Source of the DNA: Oscillospiraceae bacterium
GTDB lineage: Bacteria; Bacillota; Clostridia; Oscillospirales; CAG-272
Length of the DNA: 52,389 nucleotides
Direction of reading: 5' to 3'
Assembly (NCBI GenBank): GCA_015064525.1
Contig: SVSC01000003.1
Location: forward strand, 1 to 52,389
Shown: one piece after another, positions 26,060-35,957 of the stretch
How positions within the stretch are numbered: the first letter of the stretch is position 1
How the letters are laid out: every line of letters starts with the position of its first letter
The notes under the pieces: model-generated
What the model saw: only the letters and a program-made list of their open reading frames with translations
Database searches by the model: none
Told to the model about the DNA's origin: nothing
Translations under genes and position numbers: made by a program

Positions 26060-28507
26060 TTATTCCTTTTTCAGTTTTGCGTAGGTTGCCATGAGCTTTT
26101 TGGTTCCAACGCGGTCAAAGATGATTTCATAAAGGGTATCGGTTCCCATGGGCTTCACCGAGATCACCTCGCCCGTTCCAAAGGTGGCGTGCTTCACCCG
26201 ATCGCCGGGGTTAAAGCGCTCGGAGACGGGGCGGCTCTGCTTTTTCACAGGAGCGGGCGCTTCGGGGGTCTGCTCCGAATAGTAGGTGCGCTTCCGCTCG
26301 GTGGGCGCGGCGGCGCCGCGGGAGCCGTACACCGAGCCCCACGCGCCATAGCTGCCGCGGGCGCCGTAGCTCATGGAGCCGCCATAGCCCGAGGATGCTT
26401 GCTTTTCCTTTTTCAACAGCCTTTGAGGAATCTCCGAAACAAAGCGGGAAACGGGATTGTAGCAGGTGCGACCAAACAGCATACGTTGGGTGGTGTGAAG
26501 GATGTAAAGCTCCCGCTTGGCGCGGGTAATGGCAACGTATGCCAGTCGGCGCTCCTCCTCCATTTCCTCGTTGCCGCCGTCAATGGTTTGATTGCCCGGG
26601 AAGATGCCCTCCTCCATGCCGGGGAGAAGGACGGTGGAAAATTCCAAGCCCTTGGCGCTGTGAACCGTCATCATCACAACGGCATCGGCGTCTTCGTCGT
26701 AGCGGTCAACGTCGGCAACCAGCGCAGTTTCCTCCAAAAAGCCCTGCAGGGAGGGATCCTCCGCGCCGCGCTCGTATTCAATGATCTGGGTTTTGAATTC
26801 CTCTAAGTTCTGCAAGCGGTCTGCCTCCGCCTCCCCCGCGGCTACCAGCATTTGGCGATAGCCCGAAAGATCCAGCATGGAGTCGAACAGCGCCTCCAGG
26901 CTCATTTTTTTGGCGTTGGCGGTGAGGGTGTGAATCAGATTGGCGAAGGACTCCAGCATGGGGCGGGCGTTCTTTAGCGCCAGGTAGCGCTCCGCCTGCT
27001 CGATTACCTCGAACTGCGAGCAATTCTGCTCGGCGGCAATCAGGGCAATGGCCTCCAGCGTTTTGGAGCCGATCTTGCGCTTGGGCTCGTTGATGATCCG
27101 CCCGAGACGCACGTTGTCGCCCGGATTGACGATCAATTGCAGATACGCAACCGCGTCGCGGATTTCCTTGCGGTCGGTAAAGCGAAGCCCCCCCAGCATA
27201 CGGTAGGGAACTCCCGACCGTGCGAACGCCTTTTCCAAGGATTGCGACTGGGCGTTCATACGGTAGAGAATGGCAAAATCCCGATAGTTTGCCTCTCCCT
27301 TGGCGATCTGCTTTTGAATGAGATCCACGATCCTGCGCGCCTCGTCGTTCTGATCGTCGCAGGTGATGAGATGCAGGGGAGCGCCCTCTCCGCCCGCTGT
27401 CCAAAGCTCCTTGCCCATGCGCCCCTTGTTGCAGCTGATCACCGCGTTGGCGGCGTCCAGAATGTTCTGGGTGGAGCGATAGTTCTGCTCCAGGCGGATC
27501 ACGCGGGCATCGGAATAAACCTTGTGGAAGGTGAGAATGTTTTCAATGGTGGCGCCTCGGAATTTATAGATGCTCTGATCGTCGTCGCCCACCACCATCA
27601 GGTTTTTTTTCTTTCCCGAAAGAAGACGGGTCAATTCAAATTGCGCCACGTTGGTGTCCTGATACTCATCCACACAAACGTAGCGGAAGCGGTTTTGGTA
27701 GTATTCCGCAACGTCGGGACGGTTTTGCAGGAGCTTGACGGTTTGCATAATGATATCGTCGAAGTCCATGGCGTTTGCCTCTCGCAGAAGCATCTGATAC
27801 TGGGTGTAGATCTGCCCGATCCGCGTGAGCTTGAAATCCTGACCTGCCTCCGCCAAAAACTCCTCGGGGGTGATCAAACGGTCCTTGGCGCGGCTCACCG
27901 TGTTGATCACGGTTTTCAGGGCAAGGGTTTTTTCGTCCACGTTGGCGCGCTTCATCGCCTCGGACATGGCTTTTTTGGTGTCGTCGGCATCGTAAATGGA
28001 AAAATTCTCGCGGTAGCCCGCGTCCTCGTGGTGTCGGCGCAGGATCCGCAGGCACACAGAGTGGAAGGTGCCTGCCCAAATGTCGGAGGCAAAGGACTCC
28101 CGCTCGGGGAAAAGCCCTGCCAGTCTGGTTTTCATTTCATTTGCCGCCTTGTTGGTAAAGGTGATGGCAAGCACACGGTAGGGGGGGCAGGGATCGTCGG
28201 CAAACTCGTCGAGAAGAGGGAGAATTTCGGTGGGGGAGAGGACCTCCGCCGCACGCTCCAGCTCCTTGACGTGTTCCTCGGTGAGATCGAAGGGGAGTCG
28301 ATTGCCGTGGTAGGCGTTGCCGTAGCGAATGAGGAAGGCGATGCGGCGCACCAGAACGGTGGTTTTGCCGCTGCCCGCGCCTGCCAGAACCAAAAGAGGC
28401 CCGTTCACCTGAAACACAGCCTCCTGCTGACGGGGATTGAGGGCGGTATATGCCCGCTCAAACAACGCCTGCTTGGCAAAACGGTAGCGTTCGGATAAAG
28501 ATGTCAT
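26060..28507 (-). CDS. pcrA: ATP-dependent DNA helicase PcrA/UvrD
   Basis: LAGAGSGKT, TFTNKAA, VDEYQD, VGDDDQSIY.FRGA, LEQNYRS, TVHSAKGLEF, EERRLAYVAITRA; C-terminal GDRV.H..FG.G Tudor-like domain. Confidence 0.96.
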   Translation of the reverse strand: MTSLSERYRFAKQALFERAYTALNPRQQEAVFQVNGPLLVLAGAGSGKTTVLVRRIAFLIRYGNAYHGNRLPFDLTEEHVKELERAAEVLSPTEILPLLDEFADDPCPPYRVLAITFTNKAANEMKTRLAGLFPERESFASDIWAGTFHSVCLRILRRHHEDAGYRENFSIYDADDTKKAMSEAMKRANVDEKTLALKTVINTVSRAKDRLITPEEFLAEAGQDFKLTRIGQIYTQYQMLLREANAMDFDDIIMQTVKLLQNRPDVAEYYQNRFRYVCVDEYQDTNVAQFELTRLLSGKKKNLMVVGDDDQSIYKFRGATIENILTFHKVYSDARVIRLEQNYRSTQNILDAANAVISCNKGRMGKELWTAGGEGAPLHLITCDDQNDEARRIVDLIQKQIAKGEANYRDFAILYRMNAQSQSLEKAFARSGVPYRMLGGLRFTDRKEIRDAVAYLQLIVNPGDNVRLGRIINEPKRKIGSKTLEAIALIAAEQNCSQFEVIEQAERYLALKNARPMLESFANLIHTLTANAKKMSLEALFDSMLDLSGYRQMLVAAGEAEADRLQNLEEFKTQIIEYERGAEDPSLQGFLEETALVADVDRYDEDADAVVMMTVHSAKGLEFSTVLLPGMEEGIFPGNQTIDGGNEEMEEERRLAYVAITRAKRELYILHTTQRMLFGRTCYNPVSRFVSEIPQRLLKKEKQASSGYGGSMSYGARGSYGAWGSVYGSRGAAAPTERKRTYYSEQTPEAPAPVKKQSRPVSERFNPGDRVKHATFGTGEVISVKPMGTDTLYEIIFDRVGTKKLMATYAKLKKE

Positions 28508-28511
28508 GGGA

Positions 28512-29399
28512 TCAGATTCCTTCCGTGTTTTTTTCTGCGGCATTCAGCCAGGTCTGCTTCATAAACAGAGCGTCCTCGGCTTGGCTTCCCGCTGATTCAC
28601 AGATCACGCGGGGACAAACCCCCTCCCGCACAATGGCTTCGGCAAGGGGCTCAAACAGAGGGCCAAACCGATCGGAGGCGAAGGTGAGATGCTTTTTCTC
28701 CCCCGCCTTGGTGTATTCGATCTTGGAAAAATGACAGTGCAGATATCGCGCGTGGCGGTCGCCCAAGCGGTTGGCAATTTCGTCGAACACGCGGCGGTAG
28801 CTGTCGGCATCGGGAAACGCCTCTCCCAAAGAGCGGGCATAAAGATGACCAAAGTCCACCACGGGGGTGAAGATGGGGGCAACCTTGCATTGCTCGATCA
28901 CCTCGCTCAGCGTTCCCAGCTGATTGAGCTTGCCCATTGTTTCGATTCCCAGCCTTGCGGCGGGCTCGTTGCCAACCGCCTCTGCCAGGCGGGCGAGGGT
29001 ATCCAGCGAGAGGCGCATTGCCTCGGCGCGTTCCAGCTTGGCGGCGCTTCCGCTGTGGATCACCACGGTGTCTGCGCCCAAAAGCTCCGCTGCCCAAAGG
29101 GATTTTTCAACGTAGGCAATGCTTTTCAGTCGCTTTTCCTCCTCCACCCCCGAAAGGGAAATAAAATAGGGCGCGTGGATCGACAGGCGGATTCCCTCCG
29201 CTCTTGCGGCATCGCCAATGGCTCGCAGGGAGGCTTCTCCCACCGTGATGCCGTTGCCTGCCTCGTATTCAAAGGCGTCCAGCCCCAGCTCCTTCACCCA
29301 TTTCGGGGCTTGGAGGGTGGATTTGTTGCCTGCGCTGTAAAAGCTTTCGCTGTTTCCTCCGGGGCCGAAGCTCGGAGCAGATTGCGTGGGCAGAATCAT
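28512..29399 (-). CDS. Endonuclease IV-like (AP endonuclease family 2 TIM barrel)
   Basis: HAPYFISL, VIHSG, ETMGK, DFGH, HCHFS, EKKH metal-binding motifs. Confidence 0.85.
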   Translation of the reverse strand: MILPTQSAPSFGPGGNSESFYSAGNKSTLQAPKWVKELGLDAFEYEAGNGITVGEASLRAIGDAARAEGIRLSIHAPYFISLSGVEEEKRLKSIAYVEKSLWAAELLGADTVVIHSGSAAKLERAEAMRLSLDTLARLAEAVGNEPAARLGIETMGKLNQLGTLSEVIEQCKVAPIFTPVVDFGHLYARSLGEAFPDADSYRRVFDEIANRLGDRHARYLHCHFSKIEYTKAGEKKHLTFASDRFGPLFEPLAEAIVREGVCPRVICESAGSQAEDALFMKQTWLNAAEKNTEGI

Positions 29400-29938
29400 A
29401 CTTTTTCTCCTTTGATTTTCCAAAAGGACATCCAAGGCTCATAGCCGTGGAGACGGGCGTATTTGCGGATGAAGGGGCGCTCGCACCAACGCTTGAAGCG
29501 GAAAAAGAGGTTTTTCTTATCGTTGATGGGAGGAACGATGATGGAGGGGAGACCGATATGCTTGCCCGCGTAGGAATCGGTGAGCAGCTGATCTCCCAGC
29601 ATGGCGGTTTCGGATTTGGAGACTCCCAACGCTTTCATTGCCTTCAAAAGTGTTTTTTTGGAGGGCTTTCCGCTGTCGGCAAACGCCAAAAGCCCCAGCG
29701 TTGCGTTGAAGCGCTCCACTCTGGGAGCGTGATTGTTGGAAACCAGCGCTGCCCGAATGCCGTTTTCCGCAAGAGAGGCAAACCAGCCTCGGATGCGATC
29801 ATCGGGGTCGGGCTGCTCATAGGGGGCTAAGGTGTTGTCGATGTCGATGAGCAGAGCGTGAATGCCATGCTCCAAGAGAAACTGTGGTGTGACGCAGTGG
29901 AAGGCTTCAAACATATAGGTTGGGGTGAGATGATCCAT
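29396..29938 (-). CDS. yqeG: YqeG-family HAD IIIA phosphatase
   Basis: DIDNTL, VSNN, KP and GDQLLTD motifs. Confidence 0.88.
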   Translation of the reverse strand: MDHLTPTYMFEAFHCVTPQFLLEHGIHALLIDIDNTLAPYEQPDPDDRIRGWFASLAENGIRAALVSNNHAPRVERFNATLGLLAFADSGKPSKKTLLKAMKALGVSKSETAMLGDQLLTDSYAGKHIGLPSIIVPPINDKKNLFFRFKRWCERPFIRKYARLHGYEPWMSFWKIKGEKV

Positions 29939-30006
29939 ACGTACTCCTTATGAAACAGTAAAATGCAAAATCGGAAAAGTTAAGGACTTTTTGATATGAA
30001 CGAGCC

Positions 30007-32115
30007 TTAACCTCTCTCCGCCGTCAGATCCTCCCACGCGCCAAAGATGCGGGCGGCGGTGAGGGAGGCGTAGACACCCGAGGATGCCTTTTCGATTACC
30101 ACCGATACCGTCAGCTGAGGAAGGTTGTCGGGGGCGTAAACGCCAACGAAGAGAGCGTTGGTGATCACGTGCTTGGAGGTTTCGCCCGTTGCCTCGTCGG
30201 TAACGTAGCGCTCGATCTGCGCCGTGCCCGTCTTTCCTCCAACGTGAGCGGAGGAAACGGAGGACTGGGTGAGAAAGCGCTTGGCGGTGGTGGATTCACT
30301 GATCATCTGCTTCATGCCCTGCATCACGGTGGCCCAGACAGAGTCGCTCATGGATGCCTGAGAAAGGGGGGCTTGAAGCAGATCGGCATCCGAATAGATG
30401 GGCTGATCGGAGCCGAATTCGCAAACCTTGTGGAGCAGATGGGCGCTGTAGCGCGCGCCCTTGTTTGCAATGGCGGAAATGTAGGCGCAGAGCTGGAGCG
30501 GCGTTGCCTTGGTTTCGGACTGTCCAATGGCGGCGGCAACGGTGTTTCCGGGCGTCCAGATGCCTTCGTAGCTGCCGTCCTCTCCTGCCAGAACTCCCGT
30601 GGCTTCGCCCAATTCAATGCCTGTGTTTCTGCCAAAGCCAAGCTCCGCCATATAGCTGTCCAGAGAACCGATGCCAAGCTGATAGCCAAGCTCATAGAAG
30701 AAGCAGTTGCAGGAAACGGCAAGGGCTTTGGTTACCGTCAGGGACGCAACTCCATGGGGGTGGGTGGAGCATTTGGGCTTGTAGTCGTCGAATCGGGTGT
30801 AGATGCCGTTGCAGGGAAAGGTTGTGGAGGAGGAGATCAGCTTTTGGTCGAGCCCAGCCGCCGCAACGCCCACCTTAAAGGTGGAGCCGGGGGCGTAGGT
30901 CTCCCGAAGGGCGCGGTTCACCAAGGGGCGAGCGGGATCGGACACCAATTGGTTGTAGATGCTGTTGTAGAGCCCCAGATCATAGGAGGGATAGGAAGCA
31001 ATGGCGTAGATTTCAAAGGTGTTGGGATCCATGGCGATGGCGGCACCCGAATCGCAGAGAAAGCCCTCCACCGCGTTACCGTCGTTGCGCTGAACGTAGT
31101 CCACGTTCTCGGCAAGTCCCTCCTCGGCGGCGATTTGCAGGTCAATGTCGATGGTGAGGTAAACGTCCTTGCCTGAAACGGGAGGGGTGATGACCTCGGA
31201 GGCGATCACGTTTCCCGCGGGATCCAGCGTGACCAGCAATTCTCCGTCCACGCCGCGCAGGTATTCCTCAAACGCTGCCTCGCATCCCGATTTGCCCACA
31301 ATGGCGTTCATGGGATAGCCCTGATCGTTGTAGTAGTCCCATTCCTCGGCGTAGATCGGCCCCACGCTTCCGAGAATATGGGAGGCGATGCCGGGATAGA
31401 GGTACACGCGCTCTGCCGTTACCTCAAAGGAAACGCCCACCAGCCCCATTTCCCGCACGTAGGTCATCAGCTCCAGATCGGTGTCCTCGGCAAAGAGATA
31501 GTCATTGGAGAGGCTAAAGCGCATGGCGTCCATATCATAATGGAGACGGAGCAGGCGGTCGATCTGATAGTTGGAGTAGAGAGGCTTCCCCTGTGTGTCC
31601 TTCTCCAAAAGGCGGTAGGTGTCCAGGTATTCGTCCACAATTTCGCGAGCGGAGGCATCCTCGCTCATGGATTTGGAGGTGAGGATCGTTTTCAGGCGGT
31701 ATGCCGTGGGAGTGCCGCTGTCCTTTGCCTCGGCGGAAAAATCATAGTCGGGGTAGGTGCCAACAAAGGGAAAGTAGGATTCTCTGTGGCTGTCGGCGGC
31801 GCCGCAAACGTCCAGCGCCTCCAGCAGGCGCAGGTAGGTGGCATTGGTTCGGGGGATGCCGATGGTAGAGATCGAGGCGTAGTTGATCATGAGATCGTAG
31901 GTATAGCGATTGGAAACAAGGGTTTTTCCGTTGCGATCCAGCAATTCTCCTCTCACCGCCTGCACCTTAACCCGCAATTGGGTGGTGCCGTCGTCGTAGG
32001 TTTGATCCCTGCCCGCGATCTGAATATAGAACAGTCTGCCAACGTAAATTACGCAAACGGTGCAGAACACCAGCGCGATCAGCAGATATCGAAAAACGTG
32101 ACGCTTTTTTGCCAT
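30007..32115 (-). CDS. Class B penicillin-binding protein (PBP2/MrdA-like)
   Basis: RG.LLDRNG, R.Y.YP, G.SG.E; catalytic STFK, SCN and KTG. Confidence 0.92.
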   Translation of the reverse strand: MAKKRHVFRYLLIALVFCTVCVIYVGRLFYIQIAGRDQTYDDGTTQLRVKVQAVRGELLDRNGKTLVSNRYTYDLMINYASISTIGIPRTNATYLRLLEALDVCGAADSHRESYFPFVGTYPDYDFSAEAKDSGTPTAYRLKTILTSKSMSEDASAREIVDEYLDTYRLLEKDTQGKPLYSNYQIDRLLRLHYDMDAMRFSLSNDYLFAEDTDLELMTYVREMGLVGVSFEVTAERVYLYPGIASHILGSVGPIYAEEWDYYNDQGYPMNAIVGKSGCEAAFEEYLRGVDGELLVTLDPAGNVIASEVITPPVSGKDVYLTIDIDLQIAAEEGLAENVDYVQRNDGNAVEGFLCDSGAAIAMDPNTFEIYAIASYPSYDLGLYNSIYNQLVSDPARPLVNRALRETYAPGSTFKVGVAAAGLDQKLISSSTTFPCNGIYTRFDDYKPKCSTHPHGVASLTVTKALAVSCNCFFYELGYQLGIGSLDSYMAELGFGRNTGIELGEATGVLAGEDGSYEGIWTPGNTVAAAIGQSETKATPLQLCAYISAIANKGARYSAHLLHKVCEFGSDQPIYSDADLLQAPLSQASMSDSVWATVMQGMKQMISESTTAKRFLTQSSVSSAHVGGKTGTAQIERYVTDEATGETSKHVITNALFVGVYAPDNLPQLTVSVVIEKASSGVYASLTAARIFGAWEDLTAERG

Positions 32116-32142
32116 GGCAGACTCCTTTCCCAAGAGTAATGA

Positions 32143-32167
32143 AAGGGACTTTACGAGAAAGTCCCTT
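32143..32167 (-). terminator. Intergenic hairpin
   Basis: aagggacttt / aaagtccctt. Confidence 0.5.
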
Positions 32168-32179
32168 CGGTGATGGTGT

Positions 32180-33187
32180 TTACGAAAGAGATACGGTGTT
32201 TAGCACAAACAGAAGGATCAGCGCCAGCACCGACGTCCAGAAGGCGAAGTTTTTGAAAACGATGCGGCGGGCTTGCGCTCCCGTGAGCGGAACCTCTGCT
32301 TCGGTTTTTCCCTTGAGTCTGCCGAAAATTGCAATGGCGGAGGGCGCCACGCCGATCACCGACAGCAGATAAAGTGCGTAAAGCCCCAGCATCATGAGAA
32401 TGGGGATCAGATAAACCGAAATATTTTCGGGGGTTAGCTCCGAGGGCAATTCGCCGCCCGCAAGTCGCTCCATGATGGTGGGGTAGGCACCGCCCATGAA
32501 GTTGATGAATACGTGCAGGAAGATCGTGTAGCGGAGCTTGCCGGTTTTTACGTAGATGAAGCCGAAGAAGAAGCCCAGCAGGGTAGCGTAGAAGAGCTGG
32601 CTGAAGTTGCCGTGGATCACGCCGAAGATCACGCCCGAAATCAGAATGGCGGGCAGGTCACCGTAGCGGCGGAGACGGTCGATGATCACGCGGCGGAAGA
32701 GAAGCTCCTCGCAGATGGGCGCCATGATCACCATGAACAAAATGATCGCCCAAAGGGGAGTGGCTTGGGTGGCATCTGCCACGGGATTGGAGGCATCGGT
32801 GCCCTGCAGGATGGCGATCAGCTGGGTGACGAAGGTGCCGATCACGCTTCCCGCGAGGGTGAGCGTCATGGAGATCGAGATGAGCCCGAGAATCTGGAGG
32901 AAGGAAAGCTTCTTTTTCTCGGCGGGAACAGACACCTCACAGCGGTTGAAAAAGAGCATGGAAAGGGGCTGGGCGATCAGATACATGGAGATCGAGCCAA
33001 CCGCAACGCCAAAGGCGGGATGCTCAAGGAAGGGTGCAAGCAGAACGATCAGCACGATTTGTGCCAAAAGAGAAAACACATTGAGGGAAAGAATGCCCCA
33101 GGCAATGCTTGAGATCTGGCGTTTTTCCTTCAGAAGATCTACCTTGGGCTTTGGGGGCTGGAAGAAAAATTCAAAAAAACGTGTCAT
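32180..33187 (-). CDS. CPBP (CAAX/Abi) intramembrane metalloprotease
   Basis: EELLFR, FGVIH and H..IN motifs; many TM helices; start could also be 33193. Confidence 0.9.
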   Translation of the reverse strand: MTRFFEFFFQPPKPKVDLLKEKRQISSIAWGILSLNVFSLLAQIVLIVLLAPFLEHPAFGVAVGSISMYLIAQPLSMLFFNRCEVSVPAEKKKLSFLQILGLISISMTLTLAGSVIGTFVTQLIAILQGTDASNPVADATQATPLWAIILFMVIMAPICEELLFRRVIIDRLRRYGDLPAILISGVIFGVIHGNFSQLFYATLLGFFFGFIYVKTGKLRYTIFLHVFINFMGGAYPTIMERLAGGELPSELTPENISVYLIPILMMLGLYALYLLSVIGVAPSAIAIFGRLKGKTEAEVPLTGAQARRIVFKNFAFWTSVLALILLFVLNTVSLS

Positions 33188-33199
33188 AATCAAATCTCC

Positions 33200-33251
33200 T
33201 TATTCAATGTAATTTTTAAGACTTATTATTCAATGTAATTTTTAAGACTTA
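33200..33251. repeat. Exact 26 bp tandem duplication
   Basis: ttattcaatgtaatttttaagactta at 33200-33225 and 33226-33251. Confidence 0.95.
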
Positions 33252-33264
33252 TGGGGAAGTGAGA

Positions 33265-34263
33265 TCAAGGCTTTACCTTGGTGAACTCGCCGCCGGTGCT
33301 TTTCAGCATTTGACCCAGCCCAAGGCAACCGCAATCCATGGGATGCTTGGCAACCGTAACCCGCACGCCGGTTCGCTCGTGAACAGCCTGCTGCAGCCCG
33401 GGGAGCAGGGCTGTGCCGCCAACCATCACGATGCCGTAGTCGAAGATGTCGGCGGAAAGCTCGGGAGGCGTTTCCTCCAGCGTGGTTTTGATCATGGCAA
33501 TGATCTCGGCAATGGGCTCCCGCATGGCGTCGTAGATTTCCTCGGAGGAGATCTCGGCGGTGATCGCGAGACGGGTGTGGAGATCTCTGCCGCAAACCTT
33601 TAGGGTTCCGCGGTCGATTCCGGGCATTGCGGTTCCGATCCGCTTTTTGAGCAGCTCGGCGGTCATTTCCCCAATGAGAATGTTACGGTGCTGCTTGAGG
33701 TAGTTCACAATGGCGATGTCCAATTCGTCTCCCGCAATGCGAAGGGAATTGGATTGCACAATGCCTCCGAGGCTGATCACGGCAGCCTCCGAAACGCCGC
33801 CGCCCAGATCCACCAGCATGGCGCCTCGCGCCTTGGAAACGCGGATGCCCGCGCCAACCGCCGCGGCAATGGGCTCATCCATCAGGTCAACGCTTTTGGC
33901 GCCCGCCTCTACAATCGCGTCCTCAACCGCGCGGCGCTCCACCTCGGTTACACCGTAGGGGATTGAAACCAGCACCGAGGGGCGGTTAAAAAAGCCCGTT
34001 AGCTCCAGCTTGCGGAAAAAGTCGTTCACCATCAGGGAGGTGACCTCAAGGTCGGTAATCACGCCGTCCTTCAAGGGGCGAAGGGCAAGAATGGCGGGGG
34101 GCGTTTTCCCCAGCATTTTTTTTGCGCCAACGCCCGAGGCGATCACCTCATGGGTGTAGCGGTCGATGGTGACCACCGAGGGGGCTCGCATCACGATCCC
34201 CTTCTCGCGGAGGAATATCTGTGTGTTTGAGGAGCCGAGATCCATGCCGATCTGCTTGGCCAT
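33265..34263 (-). CDS. mreB: Rod shape-determining actin-like protein, MreB/Mbl family (divergent)
   Basis: IGMDLGSSN, RPLKDGVI, TEVERRAV, EPIAAA.GAG, VDLGGG, AE..K..IG, LE.TPPEL..DI. Confidence 0.85.
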   Translation of the reverse strand: MAKQIGMDLGSSNTQIFLREKGIVMRAPSVVTIDRYTHEVIASGVGAKKMLGKTPPAILALRPLKDGVITDLEVTSLMVNDFFRKLELTGFFNRPSVLVSIPYGVTEVERRAVEDAIVEAGAKSVDLMDEPIAAAVGAGIRVSKARGAMLVDLGGGVSEAAVISLGGIVQSNSLRIAGDELDIAIVNYLKQHRNILIGEMTAELLKKRIGTAMPGIDRGTLKVCGRDLHTRLAITAEISSEEIYDAMREPIAEIIAMIKTTLEETPPELSADIFDYGIVMVGGTALLPGLQQAVHERTGVRVTVAKHPMDCGCLGLGQMLKSTGGEFTKVKP

Positions 34264-34407
34264 ATGAAATTCCTCCTTTCCGATCCAATGAAATTGCCAT
34301 AACAAACAACGGTATATGGCAGGATTTAGCCGTGAAACCCCCGAAAAACGGCGATTTTCTTCACGTTATCTCCATTATACCATATACCGTTGATTTTTTC
34401 TATACTT

Positions 34408-34998
34408 TTACAGAAATTTTTCTCCGAATTTTTCAAAAAAAAGCTCACACATACGGTTCACGGGCAATCCAACCACGTTAAAGTAGTCTCCCTTGATTCC
34501 GCGGATCCATGCGGATGCCAATCCTTGAATGGCATAGGCGCCCGCCTTGCCAAAGGGCTCTCCCGATCGAATATAGAAACTGATGTCCTCCTCGGTCATG
34601 GGAGCGAAGGTGACGCGGGTGACCGCGTGGGAAACCGCCTCCTTGCCGTCCAGACTGAGGTAGATGCCGCTGACCACCGAATGGGATCTGCCCGAAAGAA
34701 GACGGAGCATCCGACGGGCATCCTGCTCATCGCGGGGCTTTCCCAAAATTTCGTTCTCGGTTGCCACGGAGGTGTCCGAGGCGATCAGGAGCTTGCCCGC
34801 GGTGCTTGCCCCCTGCTCTCGGAGCAGAGAGAGAACGGCGCGCCCCTTTCTGGCGGCGATCTCCTCGGAGAGCGCCGCGGGATCGGTGAGCTCGGAGCCT
34901 TCGTCCACGTCCGAAACCACTACCTCAAAGGGAACCCCCAGATTGGAAAGGATCTCCCTGCGGCGAGGAGACGCGGATGCTAAAATACATTGACGCAC
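34408..34998 (-). CDS. maf: Maf nucleotide pyrophosphatase
   Basis: ILASASPRR.EIL, DT, LGKP, LSGR.H, KAGAY.IQG, NVVGLP. Confidence 0.93.
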   Translation of the reverse strand: MRQCILASASPRRREILSNLGVPFEVVVSDVDEGSELTDPAALSEEIAARKGRAVLSLLREQGASTAGKLLIASDTSVATENEILGKPRDEQDARRMLRLLSGRSHSVVSGIYLSLDGKEAVSHAVTRVTFAPMTEEDISFYIRSGEPFGKAGAYAIQGLASAWIRGIKGDYFNVVGLPVNRMCELFFEKFGEKFL

Positions 34999-35002
34999 AG
35001 GC

Positions 35003-35944
35003 TTATTTTTTCAGGGACACAGCCTTTTTCGCTTGTGCCACGATCACGCCCGCGTTGATGCCGTACTCCTCCAGGAGAGCGGGAACGGTTCCCGAGTGAC
35101 CGTAGGTGTCGTTCATACCAACGCGGAGCATGGGGACGGGGCAGGATTCGCAAAGAACCTCTGCAACGGCGCTGCCCAGTCCGCCGATGACGTTATGCTC
35201 CTCGGCAGTCACGATGGCGCCGGTCTCCTTTGCGGCGGCAATGATGATGTCGCGGTCGATGGGCTTAATGGTGTGAATGTTCACCACGCGGGCGCTGATG
35301 CCTTCCTTCGCCAGCTGCTCACGCGCCTCCAAAGCCATGCCAACGGTAAGACCGCTGGCGATGAGGGTGACGTCGGTGCCGTCTGCCAAAAGAACGCCCT
35401 TACCAAGCTCAAACTTGTAGTCGGGACGGTCGTTGATCACCTCCACGGCAAAGCGACCGAAGCGGAGATAGAAGGGGCCATCGGTGGTGATGGCTGCCTC
35501 CACAGCCGCTCTTGCCTCAACGGCGTCGGAGGGATTGATGATGGTCATGCCGGGGATGGTACGCATCAGGGCGATATCCTCGTTGCATTGGTGGGTGGCT
35601 CCGTCCTCGCCAACGGTGATGCCGGCGTGGGTGGCGCCGATTTTCACGTTGAGGTGCGGGTAGCCCACAGAATTGCGAACCTGTTCAAAGGCTCTGCCTG
35701 CGGCGAACATGGCAAAGCTGGAGGCGAACACGGTTTTGCCGGTGGTGGCAATGCCTGCCGCCACGCTGATCATGTTGCCCTCGGCAATGCCGCAATCAAA
35801 AAATCTCTCGGGGCAAGCCTTCTTGAATTTCACGGTTTTGGTTGCCTCTGCCAGGTCGGCATCCAGCACCACAAAGTCATATTTTTCCGCCAGCTCAGCC
35901 AACGCGCTTCCGTAGGCCTCTCTGGTTGCGATCTTATCTGCCAT
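35003..35944 (-). CDS. Transketolase, C-terminal subunit
   Basis: DADL, GIAE.NM, GEDGATHQ, TIKPID, EEHN.IGGLG. Confidence 0.93.
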   Translation of the reverse strand: MADKIATREAYGSALAELAEKYDFVVLDADLAEATKTVKFKKACPERFFDCGIAEGNMISVAAGIATTGKTVFASSFAMFAAGRAFEQVRNSVGYPHLNVKIGATHAGITVGEDGATHQCNEDIALMRTIPGMTIINPSDAVEARAAVEAAITTDGPFYLRFGRFAVEVINDRPDYKFELGKGVLLADGTDVTLIASGLTVGMALEAREQLAKEGISARVVNIHTIKPIDRDIIIAAAKETGAIVTAEEHNVIGGLGSAVAEVLCESCPVPMLRVGMNDTYGHSGTVPALLEEYGINAGVIVAQAKKAVSLKK

Positions 35945-35957
35945 TTTGGTAACCTCC

